A DNA stretch of 29,976 nt from an uncultured bacterium (GTDB taxonomy: Bacteria > CSSED10-310 > CAZUFC01). Positions 28,702-29,976 of this stretch are shown one piece after another; positions within the stretch are counted from its first letter, which is position 1, and every line of letters begins with the position of its first letter. Location: the NCBI GenBank assembly GCA_964619725.1, contig CAZUFC010000104.1, forward strand, positions 1 to 29,976, read 5' to 3'. A model generated the notes under the pieces. That model did not search any database. It saw only the letters and a list, made by a program, of their open reading frames with translations, and was not told the origin of the DNA. The position numbers were made by a program, and so were the translations under genes.

Positions 28702-28936
28702 CCGGTCATTTCCTTCATATAATTCAAATTTACTTTTTAAATATATACATTTAAATGCTGATAGTCATTTTCAGGCAGGCATACCCTTCAAATAAATTTC
28801 CTCAAAAATTTGACATATCCGGATTAATCAGTAAATAAATTTCCGAATTATGCTGGGGATGACGTCTTTTTCATCTTATGGATTGAGCTTCTCTAACGAC
28901 GTCGTTCAAATGTAATTTTTTTCAGGAAGGTGGAAC

Positions 28937-29976
28937 ATGTCTGTGAATTCATGGAGTAAGCGGATAATCGCGCTGCCGTATCTTCTCCTGTTACTCTCGC
29001 CGTTATTCCTCGTAAGTTCTCCCATTCATGCCGACTGGTGGGATGATGCGGAAATGATTTATTCAGCGACGACATTTCATCGTGAAAACTGGGACACGCC
29101 TTATTTGTGGGACGTCAAAAACAGACCGGAATGCTGCTTCGATGATAATTGCGAATGGTGCGAAGACGACTGCCCGGATATCGGCGGCGATGCCTGGTGC
29201 GTTGACGGCGGGTATATAACCAGGGATATGGATTTAAGAGGTTATATCGAGGCGAAGATCATGCTGACGGTGGGCCTGCAGAGCGCCTGCGGAGGCGGTA
29301 ATCCTCATATAAAAATGTACATGAACAACAACCTTATCTTCACGATCTATCAAAGCGATTGCATTGACGACAACATGTGGTCCCGGGAGTGGTTCGGTCC
29401 TTACGACATCAGCGCTTACGCGGGAAGCATTCCCAAGATGAAATTTACTTTCCACACCGGCGGTTGCAATTGCGGATGCGGAAGCATTATAGGTTATATT
29501 CAGATTAAAGGCATGGGTCCTCCGACAGCGACGCCGTCGAGAACCCCGACTTCTACTCCAACGCTGGTTCCGACTTCGACTCCTACTTTAACCCCGACAT
29601 TATCGCCGTCACCGTCTTCAAGTCCGACAGATACGCCCACTCTCACGCCGACATTCACATTGAGTCCGACGGAAACGCCAACGCGGTCTCCCACTGTCAC
29701 TCTCAGCCCCACTGAAACTCCTACCCTGTCGCCTACGATTACGTTAAGCCCTACTGAAACGCCTACGTTGACGCCTACGGTCACCCTGAGTCCCACAGAC
29801 ACCCCGACGCTGACGCCCACGGTCACCCTGAGTCCTACTGACACACCGACGTTGACGCCCACGGTGACACTCAGCCCTACAGACACACCGACTTTGACGC
29901 CCACGGTCACCCTGAGCCCTACAGACACACCGACGCTGACGCCCACGGTCACCCTGAGTCCTACTGACACACCGAC
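28937..29976 (+). CDS. Secreted Cys-rich protein with long PT repeat (3'-truncated by window; absent from ORF track)
   Basis: Open frame from ATG 28937 (AGGAAGG RBS): MSVNSWSKRIIALPYLLLLLSPLFLVSSPIHA-DWWDD...ECCFDDNCEWCEDDCPD...GGCNCGCGS...GPPTATP, with no stop before the window end. Confidence 0.85.
   Translation, partial: MSVNSWSKRIIALPYLLLLLSPLFLVSSPIHADWWDDAEMIYSATTFHRENWDTPYLWDVKNRPECCFDDNCEWCEDDCPDIGGDAWCVDGGYITRDMDLRGYIEAKIMLTVGLQSACGGGNPHIKMYMNNNLIFTIYQSDCIDDNMWSREWFGPYDISAYAGSIPKMKFTFHTGGCNCGCGSIIGYIQIKGMGPPTATPSRTPTSTPTLVPTSTPTLTPTLSPSPSSSPTDTPTLTPTFTLSPTETPTRSPTVTLSPTETPTLSPTITLSPTETPTLTPTVTLSPTDTPTLTPTVTLSPTDTPTLTPTVTLSPTDTPTLTPTVTLSPTDTPTLTPTVTLSPTDTP
29620..29976 (+). repeat. 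Intragenic 42-bp tandem repeat (LSPTDTPTLTPTVT)
   Basis: About 8 copies with a 42-bp period, more uniform toward the 3' end. Confidence 0.9.

Noticed and set aside
29500-29970. Val/Gly-rich minus-strand ORF (also 10242-10496)
   Set aside because: Antisense shadow of the PT-repeat coding sequence.
29620-29976. 42-bp repeats (and 48-bp repeats at 10302-10490) as CRISPR arrays
   Set aside because: No unique spacers; they are in-frame PT-coding repeats varying mostly at third codon positions; no cas genes.

Overview
Bacterial (likely uncultured-lineage) accessory region dominated by large secreted, Pro/Thr-linker-rich surface proteins: an ASPIC/UnbV FG-GAP protein, a neprosin-type glutamic peptidase, a 4xLamG metallophosphoesterase, a 2300-aa triple-module FG-GAP/FN3 protein, an alpha/beta hydrolase and a Cys-rich protein running off the right edge. 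Between them lie three toxin-antitoxin-like pairs, an orphan transposase-type HTH gene, MITE/REP-like repeats and a decayed integron missed by the ORF track (internally deleted intI, then one cassette encoding a TIR-like protein with a well-formed attC). The most notable pattern is that the secreted proteins carry one of two apparent sorting modules. One is an IPTL-CTERM-like membrane tail. The other is a conserved ~115-aa domain (L[ED]xxGxx[WF]FxP[SA]W...FxWP...F[YW][AG]) that I cannot assign to a named family; it is shared by unrelated enzymes and is a candidate lineage-specific secretion or anchoring signal. All family calls are by eye from motifs; no database searches were run.
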